DNA of 64,000 bases, from NCBI GenBank assembly GCA_032718475.1, contig JAUCBJ010007177.1, forward strand, positions 1-64,000. The letters are read 5' to 3'. Both the position numbers and the translations under genes were made by a program. Shown here piece by piece: positions 51,879-64,000 of the stretch (positions are counted from its first letter, which is position 1; each line of letters opens with the position of its first letter). Source of the DNA: Nemertoderma westbladi. Its lineage: Eukaryota; Animalia; Xenacoelomorpha. Under the pieces are notes generated by a model. It ran no database searches and had not been told where the DNA came from. It saw nothing but the letters and a program-made list of their open reading frames with translations.

Positions 51879-53567
51879 TAGGAGTGCACCTGATATCCGA
51901 TCCGGCCTGCTATCCGGTAATCCGGCCGGATTGTTATAAAATCTGGTGATACGCCGGATAATTTGTATAGTCCATGTTTTGTATAACTTTTATTATTAAT
52001 ACTCACTTTTTCTTTTAACAATTTTCATTTAATAAAAATAATAAAAAATAATAAATAATAAAATTTATTTTAATAGATTTTTCTGAAAGAGTCAAAAATG
52101 GAATCTGAATTATATATTTTCTTTTATATTATACTATCAAGATCAACTCAAATCAACCAACATATACCGTAATAACTCAAATCAAATCAAGATATTATAT
52201 CATATCATCTCAAACTCTTATCTATTGAAATTTATTTCAAACTTTATCAAGTTATACACCATGACCCGTAATATAGTGTCATTTTCTGATGACACGGACC
52301 CCCCCCCCCCCAAATTTTTCTACAAATCTTTATCATATTGTTTGAAATTTGAAACACAACTAGTTCAACTCACCGTGGTTGTTACCATGAAGCCGGAATT
52401 TTCGATTTCGCCTTTAAATTTTATTTATAAGCGTTTTAAAAAAGTGTCTTTTGCGAAATCGCACCCTCTGTATCATTGCCATTCTTCACTTTAGTCGTAA
52501 TTTTTCACATCAATAGAAAGCTTGCGTTGAAAGGATTCCAAATATGTAGCAATATCTGAATTTCATTGAGAAACAGCTGAGAAATAGGCGTTTAAAAATT
52601 GCAAGAATTATTGTTCGCTGCAAGCCATTTATTATATTTAATAAATACACAAAATTCTAGAATGTGTTATTTATTTTATGAGTTGGTAGGCAACAGCGCT
52701 ATGCCTATACAATATCTATATTGCCTAGCTAATCATACATAAACAAATTGTTCCAGAATTTTGTGTATTTATTAAATAGAATAAATGGCCTGCAGTGAAC
52801 AATAATTCTTGCAATCTTTGAATGCCTATTTCTCAGCTGTTTCAAAATGAAATTCAGATATTATTACATATTTGGAATCCTTGCAACGCAAGCTTTCTAT
52901 TGATGTGAAAAAATTACGACTAAAGTTAAGAATGGCAATGATACAGAGGCGATTTCGCAAAAGACACTTTTTTAAAACGCTTATAAATAAAATTTAAAGG
53001 CGAAATCGAAAATTCCGGCTTCATGGTAACAACCACGGTGAGTTGAACTAGTTGTGTTTCAAATTTCAAACAATATGATAAAGATTTGTAGAAAAATTGG
53101 GGGGGGGGGGGGTCCGTGTCATCAGAAAATGACACTATATTATGGGTCATGGTGTAGTAAATAAAGAGGAGCTCATATCGCACCCTTCTTGGTAAGAAGA
53201 CGACTCCTCTTCTCATCTAGAATGTCTCCGAACTTGGAGAACATTGCCTCCGAGAAGATAACTGAATCCTAAAGTTAGGTGGTCCCAATCACAATGTACC
53301 ACTGTGCCAGTACTTCACGAAAATTTGAAAAGCAAATCTTCGAGTTATCTTCCAATGAGAATGGCAATGATTAAACCTAAAGAATTAGGGCGCAAATAGA
53401 TATCGCAAGACAGCTTATAATCAATTAAGCTCTGCGCTCAAAAGCAAAAACGGGTCTATAAATAAGTTAATAAGTACAACCTGGAAAATCCGGCCGGATA
53501 TCCGGCAAAATTCTACCGGATATCCGATCCGGACCGGATGCAAGAAGTGCTATCCGGTGCACCCCTA
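51879..53567. mobile_element. hAT-like MITE
   Basis: TIRs TAGGAGTGCACCTGATA and TATCCGGTGCACCCCTA. Perfect 8-bp TSD CTCTCACC at 51871-51878 and 53568-53575. Subterminal ATCCGG repeats. Confidence 0.9.
52257..53154. mobile_element. Tc1/mariner-type palindromic MITE with ~400-bp arms, nested in the hAT MITE
   Basis: TA-CACCATGACCC...GGGTCATGGTG-TA. Mirror-image ORFs 52225+ and 53216- give the same translation. Confidence 0.92.
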
Positions 53568-54256
53568 CTCTCACCCCCGAATTTAATTTCTTTCCTACCA
53601 CAGTAGAAATGAAATACAATACAATGAGATTTACATCGTTGCTAAGCAACGAGCTGCAGGGTACTCTAACAATCCCAGTTCGCCATATACCGCAGCAACA
53701 TTAGTCTATTGCTATTAGTGTGGTAAGCCATGTCGTTTCTAGCCTGGAAGGACCTGGTGACTGGTCGTGGTCATTGCGAGTTTTATAAACAGGCAAATAG
53801 GGGGATGATTTCAAAGGTTAGGTTAATTGGTTAACTAACTAAGGTTAGGTGAAACCATTATTTTTCTGACTACACTCAAAGGCAGTCACGTTCAGTCACA
53901 GTCAGACAGTAGTACCCTGGTAGGTACCCCCCTGTAGTACCGGTACATTCATTACCAGTCACGTTTTAGCTTGTATCTGAACAAGGCCTTGTATTTTACA
54001 TACTGTAACCTACTTGAATTAGAATTCGAATTTGCATTGCATTGCTGCATTGCCGTAGTTACTAGCTTGCACCCGTAGCGGTACCGTCAGACCGTACTGC
54101 CGCAGAACTACCACACCGTACGCGTACTGAACTATATAGGCCTACGGCTGTACGGAATACGGATATAGGCCCACTGATGCGCTGAGTAGCGAGTAGCCCT
54201 ATTCTCTAACCGTACAATTTGAATTTGCTAATTTCTACCGGGATAGCTGTGTTATA

Positions 54257-54634
54257 ATGGCGGGGGCTGTTGCGCGGGCGGCTGGTAAAGCGTGGAACAA
54301 AGTTCTCGATCGTGTCGAGGCGGTTCTACCCGAAAAACTCCAAAAAATCTGGGTCCATCCGGCCGGACCAAAGACCGTGTTCTTCTGGGCGCCGACCTTC
54401 AAGTGGGGGTTGGTGATAGCGGGGATTGCGGATATAGCCCGACCAGCGGACAAACTGAGTGCGTCCCAGTCTACAGCGCTGGCAGCCACAGGGACTATCT
54501 GGTCTAGGTACTCCCTAGTTATCATACCGGTTAACTACAATCTATTCAGTGTGAATGTGTTCGTAGCTGCGACCGGATACTTCCAACTCGCGAGGATATA
54601 CAACCATAGAAAGAATTTACCAAAGGAAGTCTAG
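54257..54634 (+). CDS. MPC2: Mitochondrial pyruvate carrier 2, 125 aa, intronless
   Basis: W.HPAGPKTVFFWAPTFKWGLVIAGIADIARPADKLS..QS.AL.ATG.IWSRYSLVIIP.N..LFSVN.FV is the MPC2 signature. AATAAA at ~54755; CpG-rich upstream region. Confidence 0.97.
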   Translation: MAGAVARAAGKAWNKVLDRVEAVLPEKLQKIWVHPAGPKTVFFWAPTFKWGLVIAGIADIARPADKLSASQSTALAATGTIWSRYSLVIIPVNYNLFSVNVFVAATGYFQLARIYNHRKNLPKEV

Positions 54635-55779
54635 AATCTAGATACAGAAAGATTAATGTTTATTGTTTATGTCGCGTAGCAACATATCTTGGATTGTTAA
54701 AATTAGTTCCGTCTAGAAACATATCGGCGATAATTTATTTTTAGGAAATAATTAAATAAATCACATTTTTCGTGCTCATAACTTCGTGGTGTAAATTTTA
54801 TATAGTAAATCCCACAAAATACAAGTTTAGATATTCACCCCCAGCACCGCCATATTGTGGGATTGTTGATAGACTAGATTTTTTAGCTAATTTGTAGCTG
54901 AGATAATGTGATTGATTGTATATATATAATAGTTCGGTTGCGGTTTCCCATTTAAGTACAAAATGGGTATTATTCGGAAGGGTTATCTGTGCCGCCGGGG
55001 AGATTTTTCTATATTTAAGGATTTTAGGTAGCTTTGAGGTCAATAGCCCTACTGTTACTGAGGGGGTTCATAGTTTTCTATTGTAATACTATGTCATTAT
55101 CGTTTGGTTTGTCAACCCTGCGTCACACATGAGCTTTCAACTTTCTAATAACTACGTCCCGAATCAAACATAAACATTCAACTTTCAGCTCATAAAAATC
55201 ATTGGCTATATTGCGATAGACCATAAAATTGTTGCACAATATTCAGTTGGTAAATAAAAAAATAGTAGTTACTTCTGATTGGTTGTCGATGATAGAGATA
55301 CAGCTTACAACTTTCAAGTAAGATAACACATAAGGACTATAGTGCATTTTGAAAGTTGACTGTTTATGTGTGACGTCACGTCTCCATATGCTATAATGTG
55401 TTCTATATATTAGTTGAATGTTGAAAGCTCATGTAAACCCAGGCCTAATTAAATGTTACACAAATATGTGATATTCACTCTAGGCCAGGTGCTGTAGTTT
55501 AATGTGCTCCTATTTCTATTAAATTTAATATTGAAATATTTGTTTTTATTGCCTACAAACACTATGTTGGATAACAACTGAGGTGGATGGGAGCAGTGTA
55601 ATGTGATAAAATACACACAAAAAATATGTAGTCCCCTATTTATATAAAAAAAAGCGTATTTAATTATGGAAATATGCTAATAGGTTACAGTCACAGTGTT
55701 TCTAAATAAAACAAAAACACACGTGTGCCTTTCTTTCAAGGCGCTTAAAAAATGTACCTAATTAAAATGATATTAACAT

Positions 55780-58700
55780 CTAAGTCCAGATGAACCTTTG
55801 TGAAGAGGCGAAATTAGTGTACTAGTCATTCGCCCCCTAGTGGGCGACATATGAACTATGTCTGTGTGTATAATTATCTAGAACTCTGCCTGTGTGTATA
55901 ATTCTCTAGAACTCTGTCTGTATAATTCTCTAGAACTCTGTATGTGTGTATAATTCTCTAGAACTCTGTCTGTGTGTATAATTCTCTAGAACTCTGTCTG
56001 TGTGTATAATTCTCTAGAACTCTGTCTGTGTGTATAATTCTCTAGAACTCTGTCTGTGTGTATAATTCTCTAGAACTCTGTCTGTGTGTATAATTCTCTA
56101 GAACTCGTCTGTGTGTATAATTCTCTAGAACTCTGTCTGTGTGTATAATTCTCTAGAACTCTGTCTGTGTGTATAATTCTCTAGAACTCTGTCTGTGTGT
56201 ATAATTCTCTAGAACTCTGTCTGTGTGTATAATTCTCTAGAACTCTGTCTGTGTGTATAATTCTCTAGAACTCTGTCTGTGTGTATAATTCTCTAGAACT
56301 CTGTCTGTATAATTCTCTAGAACTCTGTATGTGTGTATAATTCTCTAGAACTCTGTCTGTGTGTATAATTCTCTAGAACTCTGTCTGTGTGTATAATTCT
56401 CTAGAACTATGTCTGTGTGTATAATTCTCTAGAACTCTGTCTGTGTGTATAATTCTCTAGAACTGTCTGTGTGTACTGTGTATAATTCTCTAGAACTCTG
56501 TCTGTGTGTATAATTCTCTAGAACTCTGTCTGTGTGTATAATTCTCTAGAACTCTGTCTGTATAATTCTCTAGAACTCTGTATGTGTGTATAATTCTCTA
56601 GAACTCTGTCTGTGTGTATAATTCTCTAGAACTCTGTCTGTGTGTATAATTCTCTAGAACTCTGTCTGTGTGTATAATTCTCTAGAACTCTGTCTGTGTG
56701 TATAATTCTCTAGAACTCTGTCTGTGTGTATAATTCTCTAGAACTCTGTCTGTGTGTATAATTCTCTAGAACTCTGTCTGTGTGTATAATTCTCTAGAAC
56801 TCTGTCTGTGTGTATAATTCTCTAGAACTCTGTCTGTGTGTATAATTCTCTAGAACTCTGTCTGTGTGTATAATTCTCTAGAACTCTGTCTGTGTGTATA
56901 ATTCTCTAGAACTCTGTCTGTGTGTATAATTCTCTAGAACTCTGTCTGTGTGTATAATTCTCTAGAACTCTGTCTGTGTGTATAATTCTCTAGAACTCTG
57001 TCTGTATAATTCTCTAGAACTCTGTCTGTGTGTATAATTCTCTAGAACTCTGTCTGTGTGTATAATTCTCTAGAACTCTGTCTGTGTGTATAATTCTCTA
57101 GAACTATGTCTGTGTGTATAATTCTCTAGAACTCTGTCTGTGTGTATAATTCTCTAGAACTGTCTGTGTGTACTGTGTATAATTCTCTAGAACTCTGTCT
57201 GTGTGTATAATTCTCTAGAACTCTGTGTGTATAATTCTCTAGAACTCTGTCTGTATAATTCTCTAGAACTCTGTATGTGTGTATAATTCTCTAGAACTCT
57301 GTCTGTGTGTATAATTCTCTAGAACTCTGTCTGTGTGTATAATTCTCTAGAACTCTGTCTGTGTGTATAATTCTCTAGAACTCTGTCTGTGTGTATAATT
57401 CTCTAGAACTCTGTCTGTGTGTATAATTCTCTAGAACTCTGTCTGTGTGTATAATTCTCTAGAACTCTGTCTGTGTGTATAATTCTCTAGAACTCTGTCT
57501 GTGTGTATAATTCTCTAGAACTCTGTCTGTGTGTATAATTCTCTAGAACTCTGTCTGTGTGTATAATTCTCTAGAACTCTGTCTGTGTGTATAATTCTCT
57601 AGAACTCTGTCTGTGTGTATAATTCTCTAGAACTCTGTCTGTGTGTATAATTCTCTAGAACTCTGTCTGTGTGTATAATTCTCTAGAACTCTGTCTGTGT
57701 GTATAATTCTCTAGAACTCTGTCTGTGTGTATAATTCTCTAGAACTCTGTCTGTGTGTATAATTCTCTAGAACTCTGTCTGTGTGTATAATTCTCTAGAA
57801 CTCTGTCTGTGTGTATAATTCTCTAGAACTCTGTCTATGTGTATAATTCTCTAGAACTCTGTCTATGTGTATAATTCTCTAGAACTCTGTCTGTGTGTAT
57901 AATTCTCTAGAACTCTGTCTGTATAATTCTCTAGAACTCTGTATGTGTGTATAATTCTCTAGAACTCTGTCTGTGTGTATAATTCTCTAGAACTCTGTCT
58001 GTGTGTATAATTCTCTAGAACTCTGTCTGTGTGTATAATTCTCTAGAACTCTGTCTGTGTGTATAATTCTCTAGAACTCTGTCTGTATAATTCTCTAGAA
58101 CTCTGTATGTGTGTATAATTCTCTAGAACTCTGTCTGTGTGTATAATTCTCTAGAACTCTGTCTGTGTGTATAATTCTCTAGAACTCTGTCTGTGTGTAT
58201 AATTCTCTAGAACTATGTCTGTGTGTATAATTCTCTAGAACTCTGTCTGTGTGTATAATTCTCTAGAACTGTCTGTGTGTACTGTGTATAATTCTCTAGA
58301 ACTCTGTCTGTGTGTATAATTCTCTAGAACTCTGTCTGTATAATTCTCTAGAACTCTGTATGTGTGTATAATTCTCTAGAACTCTGTCTGTGTGTATAAT
58401 TCTCTAGAACTCTGTCTGTGTGTATAATTCTCTAGAACTATGTCTGTGTGTATAATTCTCTAGAACTCTGTCTGTGTGTATAATTCTCTAGAACTGTCTG
58501 TGTGTACTGTGTATAATTCTCTAGAACTCTGTCTGTGTGTATAATTCTCTAGAACTCTGTCTGTGTGTATAATTCTCTAGAACTCTGTCTGTATAATTCT
58601 CTAGAACTCTGTATGTGTGTATAATTCTCTAGAACTCTGTCTGTGTGTATAATTCTCTAGAACTCTGTCTGTGTGTATAATTCTCTAGAACTCTGTCTGT

Positions 58701-61700
58701 GTGTATAATTCTCTAGAACTCTGTATGTGTGTATAATTCTCTAGAACTCTGTCTATGTGTATAATTCTCTAGAACTATGTCTGTGTGTATAATTCTCTAG
58801 AACTCTGTCTGTGTGTATAATTCTCTAGAACTGTCTGTGTGTACTGTGTATAATTCTCTAGAACTCTGTCTGTGTGTATAATTCTCTAGAACTCTGTCTG
58901 TGTGTATAATTCTCTAGAACTCTGTCTGTGTGTATAATTCTCTAGAACTCTGTCTGTATAATTCTCTAGAACTCTGTATGTGTGTATAATTCTCTAGAAC
59001 TCTGTCTGTGTGTATAATTCTCTAGAACTCTGTCTGTGTGTATAATTCTCTAGAACTCTGTCTATGTGTATAATTCTCTAGAACTCTGTCTGTGTGTATA
59101 ATTCTCTAGAACTGTCTGTGTGTACTGTGTATAATTCTCTAGAACTCTGTCTGTGTGTATAATTCTCTAGAACTCTGTCTGTGTGTATAATTCTCTAGAA
59201 CTGTCTGTGTGTACTGTGTATAATTCTCTAGAACTCTGTCTGTGTGTATAATTCTCTAGAACTCTGTCTGTGTGTATAATTCTCTAGAACTCTGTCTGTG
59301 TGTATAATTCTCTAGAACTCTGTCTGTATAATTCTCTAGAACTCTGTATGTGTGTATAATTCTCTAGAACTCTGTCTATGTGTATAATTCTCTAGAACTA
59401 TGTCTGTGTGTATAATTCTCTAGAACTCTGTCTGTGTGTATAATTCTCTAGAACTGTCTGTGTGTACTGTGTATAATTCTCTAGAACTCTGTCTGTGTGT
59501 ATAATTCTCTAGAACTCTGTCTGTGTGTATAATTCTCTAGAACTCTGTCTGTGTGTATAATTCTCTAGAACTCTGTCTGTATAATTCTCTAGAACTCTGT
59601 ATGTGTGTATAATTCTCTAGAACTCTGTCTGTGTGTATAATTCTCTAGAACTCTGTCTGTGTGTATAATTCTCTAGAACTCTGTCTATGTGTATAATTCT
59701 CTAGAACTCTGTCTGTGTGTATAATTCTCTAGAACTGTCTGTGTGTACTGTGTATAATTCTCTAGAACTCTGTCTGTGTGTATAATTCTCTAGAACTCTG
59801 TCTGTGTGTATAATTCTCTAGAACTCTGTCTGTGTGTATAATTCTCTAGAACTCTGTCTGTGTGTATAATTCTCTAGAACTCTGTCTGTGTGTATAATTC
59901 TCTAGAACTCTGTCTGTGTGTATAATTCTCTAGAACTCTGTCTGTGTGTATAATTCTCTAGAACTCTGTCTGTGTGTATAATTCTCTAGAACTCTGTCTG
60001 TGTGTATAATTCTCTAGAACTCTGTCTGTGTGTATAATTCTCTAGAACTCTGTCTGTGTGTATAATTCTCTAGAACTCTGTCTGTGTGTATAATTCTCTA
60101 GAACTCTGTCTGTGTGTATAATTCTCTAGAACTCTGTCTGTGTGTATAATTCTCTAGAACTCTGTCTGTGTGTATAATTCTCTAGAACTCTGTCTGTGTG
60201 TATAATTCTCTAGAACTCTGTCTGTGTGTATACTTCTCTAGAACTCTGTCTGTATAATTCTCTAGAACTCTGTCTGTGTGTATAATTCTCTAGAACTCTG
60301 TCTGTGTGTATAATTCTCTAGAACTCTGTCTGTGTGTATAATTCTCTAGAACTCTGTCTGTGTGTATAATTCTCTAGAACTCTGTCTGTGTGTATAATTC
60401 TCTAGAACTCTGTCTGTGTGTATAATTCTCTAGAACTCTGTCTGTGTGTATAATTCTCTAGAACTCTGTCTGTGTGTATAATTCTCTAGAACTCTGTCTG
60501 TGTGTATAATTCTCTAGAACTCTGTCTGTGTGTATAATTCTCTAGAACTCTGTCTGTGTGTATAATTCTCTAGAACTCTGTCTGTGTGTATAATTCTCTA
60601 GAACTCTGTCTGTGTGTATAATTCTCTAGAACTCTGTCTGTGTGTATAATTCTCTAGAACTGTCTGTGTGTACTGTGTATAATTCTCTAGAACTCTGTCT
60701 GTGTGTATAATTCTCTAGAACTGTCTGTGTGTACTGTGTATAATTCTCTAGAACTCTGTCTGTGTGTATAATTCTCTAGAACTGTCTGTGTGTACTGTGT
60801 ATAATTCTCTAGAACTCTGTCTGTGTGTATAATTCTCTAGAACTCTGTCTGTGTGTATAATTCTCTAGAACTCTGTCTGTGTGTATAATTCTCTAGAACT
60901 CTGTCTGTGTGTATAATTCTCTAGAACTCTGTCTGTGTGTATAATTCTCTAGAACTATGTCTGTGTGTATAATTCTCTAGAACTCTGTCTGTGTGTATAA
61001 TTCTCTAGAACTCTGTCTGTATAATTCTCTAGAACTCTGTCTGTGTGTATAATTCTCTAGAACTCTGTCTGTGTGTATAATTCTCTAGAACTCTGTCTGT
61101 GTGTATAATTCTCTAGAACTCTGTCTGTGTGTATAATTCTCTAGAACTCTGTCTGTGTGTATAATTCTCTAGAACTCTGTCTGTGTGTATAATTCTCTAG
61201 AACTCTGTCTGTGTGTATAATTCTCTAGAACTCTGTCTGTGTGTATAATTCTCTAGAACTCTGTCTGTGTGTATAATTCTCTAGAACTCTGTCTGTGTGT
61301 ATAATTCTCTAGAACTCTGTCTGTGTGTATAATTCTCTAGAACTCTGTCTGTGTGTATAATTCTCTAGAACTCTGTCTGTGTGTATAATTCTCTAGAACT
61401 CTGTCTGTGTGTATAATTCTCTAGAACTCTGTCTGTGTGTATAATTCTCTAGAACTCTGTCTGTGTGTATAATTCTCTAGAACTCTGTCTGTATAATTCT
61501 CTAGAACTCTGTCTGTGTGTATAATTCTCTAGAACTCTGTCTGTGTGTATAATTCTCTAGAACTCTGTCTGTGTGTATAATTCTCTAGAACTCTGTCTGT
61601 GTGTATAATTCTCTAGAACTCTGTCTGTGTGTATAATTCTCTAGAACTCTGTCTGTGTGTATAATTCTCTAGAACTCTGTCTGTGTGTATAATTCTCTAG

Positions 61701-62940
61701 AACTCTGTCTGTGTGTATAATTCTCTAGAACTCTGTCTGTGTGTATAATTCTCTAGAACTCTGTCTGTGTGTATAATTCTCTAGAACTCTGTCTGTGTGT
61801 ATAATTCTCTAGAACTCTGTCTGTGTGTATAATCCTCTAGAACTCTGTCTGTGTGTATAATTCTCTAGAACTCTGTCTGTGTGTATAATTCTCTAGAACT
61901 CTGTCTGTATAATTCTCTAGAACTCTGTCTGTGTGTATAATTCTCTAGAACTCTGTCTGTGTGTATAATTCTCTAGAACTCTGTCTGTGTGTATAATTCT
62001 CTAGAACTCTGTCTGTGTGTATAATTCTCTAGAACTCTGTCTGTGTGTATAATTCTCTAGAACTCTGTCTGTGTGTATAATTCTCTAGAACTCTGTCTGT
62101 GTGTATAATTCTCTAGAACTCTGTCTGTGTGTATAATTCTCTAGAACTCTGTCTGTGTGTATAATTCTCTAGAACTCTGTCTGTGTGTATAATTCTCTAG
62201 AACTCTGTCTGTGTGTATAATTCTCTAGAACTCTGTCTGTGTGTATAATTCTCTAGAACTATGTCTGTGTGTATAATTCTCTAGAACTCTGTCTGTGTGT
62301 ATAATTCTCTAGAACTCTGTCTGTGTGTATAATTCTCTAGAACTCTGTCTGTGTGTATAATTCTCTAGAACTCTGTCTGTGTGTATAATTCTCTAGAACT
62401 CTGTCTGTGTGTATAATTCTCTAGAACTCTGTCTGTGTGTATAATTCTCTAGAACTCTGTCTGTGTGTATAATTCTCTAGAACTCTGTCTGTGTGTATAA
62501 TTCTCTAGAACTCTGTCTGTGTGTATAATTCTCTAGAACTCTGTCTGTGTGTATAATTCTCTAGAACTGTCTGTGTGTACTGTGTATAATTCTCTAGAAC
62601 TCTGTCTGTGTGTATAATTCTCTAGAACTGTCTGTGTGTACTGTGTATAATTCTCTAGAACTCTGTCTGTGTGTATAATTCTCTAGAACTGTCTGTGTGT
62701 ACTGTGTATAATTCTCTAGAACTCTGTCTGTGTGTATAATTCTCTAGAACTCTGTCTGTGTGTATAATTTCTAAACTTTTATTGACTACATGTGTACCAA
62801 GTTGGTTCCATCTCATTAAAGATATGCCGACTTAGTAGCGTTCAAACATTTTGACGACGAAAACGATGACGACAGACGGGTCCACTAATTTATACCCCTA
62901 CGCTAAGGCTCACCTGGAGTTAGTGGCTCGCCCCATAATA
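55780..62940. mobile_element. Possible Helentron-like (HINE) element hosting the 28-bp array
   Basis: Flanks carry CGCCCCCTAGTGG, CATGTGTACCAAGTT, (GAC)n GACAGACGG and CTAAGGCTCACC, motifs reminiscent of DINE-1/pearl-like elements. Family assignment is inferred. Confidence 0.45.
55855..62770. repeat. 28-bp tandem array (TGTGTATAATTCTCTAGAACTCTGTCTG), ~245 copies
   Basis: Period read directly. Includes 24-bp deletion variants and longer variants carrying a TGTAC insertion. Confidence 0.98.
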
Positions 62941-62974
62941 ATATTAAAAATAGTCCGGCAAATTCAAATTTTAA

Positions 62975-63800
62975 AAGGTGTGTCTTAAGACTTGCTTTAA
63001 AATGGTTTAGTGCTCTGATGTCTCGTGGAAGGAAGATCCAATTAGTCGGGGCAGCAACCGAGAAGGCGCATCTTCTTATGTAAGTACAGTAAGTTGTATT
63101 TAGGGACAACCAGTAAATCTTGTTCTGCCAATCGTAGTACGAGTGTAGGTTATGATAGGGGGTCCGATAAGGTCCGCATAGCGAGACCTCTAGTATTCAC
63201 TTAGTTGTTGGTGGTGGTCGTGTTGTTAATTTCCAGTTGGGTTTTAGTAATAAGGCTTCATACGGTGTAGTAGCGAAGTTGGTAGAGCCGTTGGAATCTC
63301 TAGGTACCGAGTAGTAGGATTGGTTTGGTAGGAAGCGATTCAAGGAGGAGACAGTTCATGTGTTAGTAGACGCGGACCTCTGCGCGATTTCGACGTAGAA
63401 TCAGGTGCGCAACCATGTAAACATTGATATGTCAGCATGGCGATCTTGAAATCTATCCTACGTTTTACCAGCAGCCGGTGCAATCGCTATAATACTGGAG
63501 TGATGTGGTCCCGTTTCTTAATGCCCTCTAGCAGTCTCACCGCAGAATTCTGAACATACTGGAAATTGTTAACAATTTTAGCGGTAGTCTTTATTATAGG
63601 GGATAGGTAGTCTAAGTCTAGCGAATTGTTATTATCATTTTTGTTTGTTACTTAAAAATGAACGAATTAATATTTCAAGATCCACCCGGGATAAATAGCG
63701 TGTTATTTTCGTTGAATTTCTGAGGTGCTAGATGCTAGAATGCATCTCAGACTGTGGCGGATATTTACTTTAGAAACGTAAGATTTGAATCCCATATTAC
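62975..63800 (-). mobile_element. Decayed L2-type LINE 3' region, interrupted by a small element at ~63165-63440
   Basis: QYVQNSAVRLL.G.KKRDHITPVL and AFSVAAPTNW..LP..IR....FKASLKTHL. Confidence 0.8.
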
Positions 63801-63939
63801 GCGCTGTATTATTGTAGCTGATTAAATCATTTCCAATTTCCATATTATATCCCCTTTTTCTTCGTGACCCCACCCCCAGACATTTTCGTTTAATTTCATT
63901 GACGTTTTAGACAAAATAAGCGACGTCCAGTCTTATTAG

Positions 63940-64000
63940 GTCCACCTTGGTGTAGTGGTTGCATTGAATTCACATCTCTCGGAGGTCGTGGGTTCGATCC
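63940..64000 (+). mobile_element. tRNA-derived SINE head or tRNA pseudogene, cut by the window end
   Basis: A box TGGTGTAGTGG (63948) and B box GGTTCGATCC (63991). No convincing anticodon stem. Confidence 0.55.

Noticed and set aside
52225-53216. Two near-identical ORFs on opposite strands
   Set aside because: Mirror translations of the MITE inverted arms.

Overview
AT-rich eukaryotic (probably invertebrate animal) genomic DNA, not prokaryotic. Genes: an intronless class I SAM methyltransferase (-), an intronless ZYG11-family CRL2 substrate receptor (-), two small orphan ORFs (-), the last five coding exons of the spliceosomal gene PRP8 (-), and an intronless MPC2 (+) that appears nested antisense in a large PRP8 intron. 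About 45% of the window is seven unrelated long tandem arrays (units 44, 20, 47, 83, 57, 34 and 28 bp). The rest contains nested transposons with visible TSDs (hAT-, Kolobok-, Mutator/foldback- and Tc1/mariner-type MITEs, Helentron-like elements, LINE remnants). Main finding: several arrays are in-place amplifications of functional local sequence. One 2.7-kb PRP8 intron consists almost entirely of ~33 copies of its own 3' splice site plus the first ~76 nt of the downstream exon. Most copies read TTTAG|GT, so each is a potential 83-nt mini-intron or recursive splice site. Other arrays derive from the ZYG11 stop codon, a LINE ORF end and a transposase motif. Coordinates and copy numbers were read by eye, and array ends are approximate.
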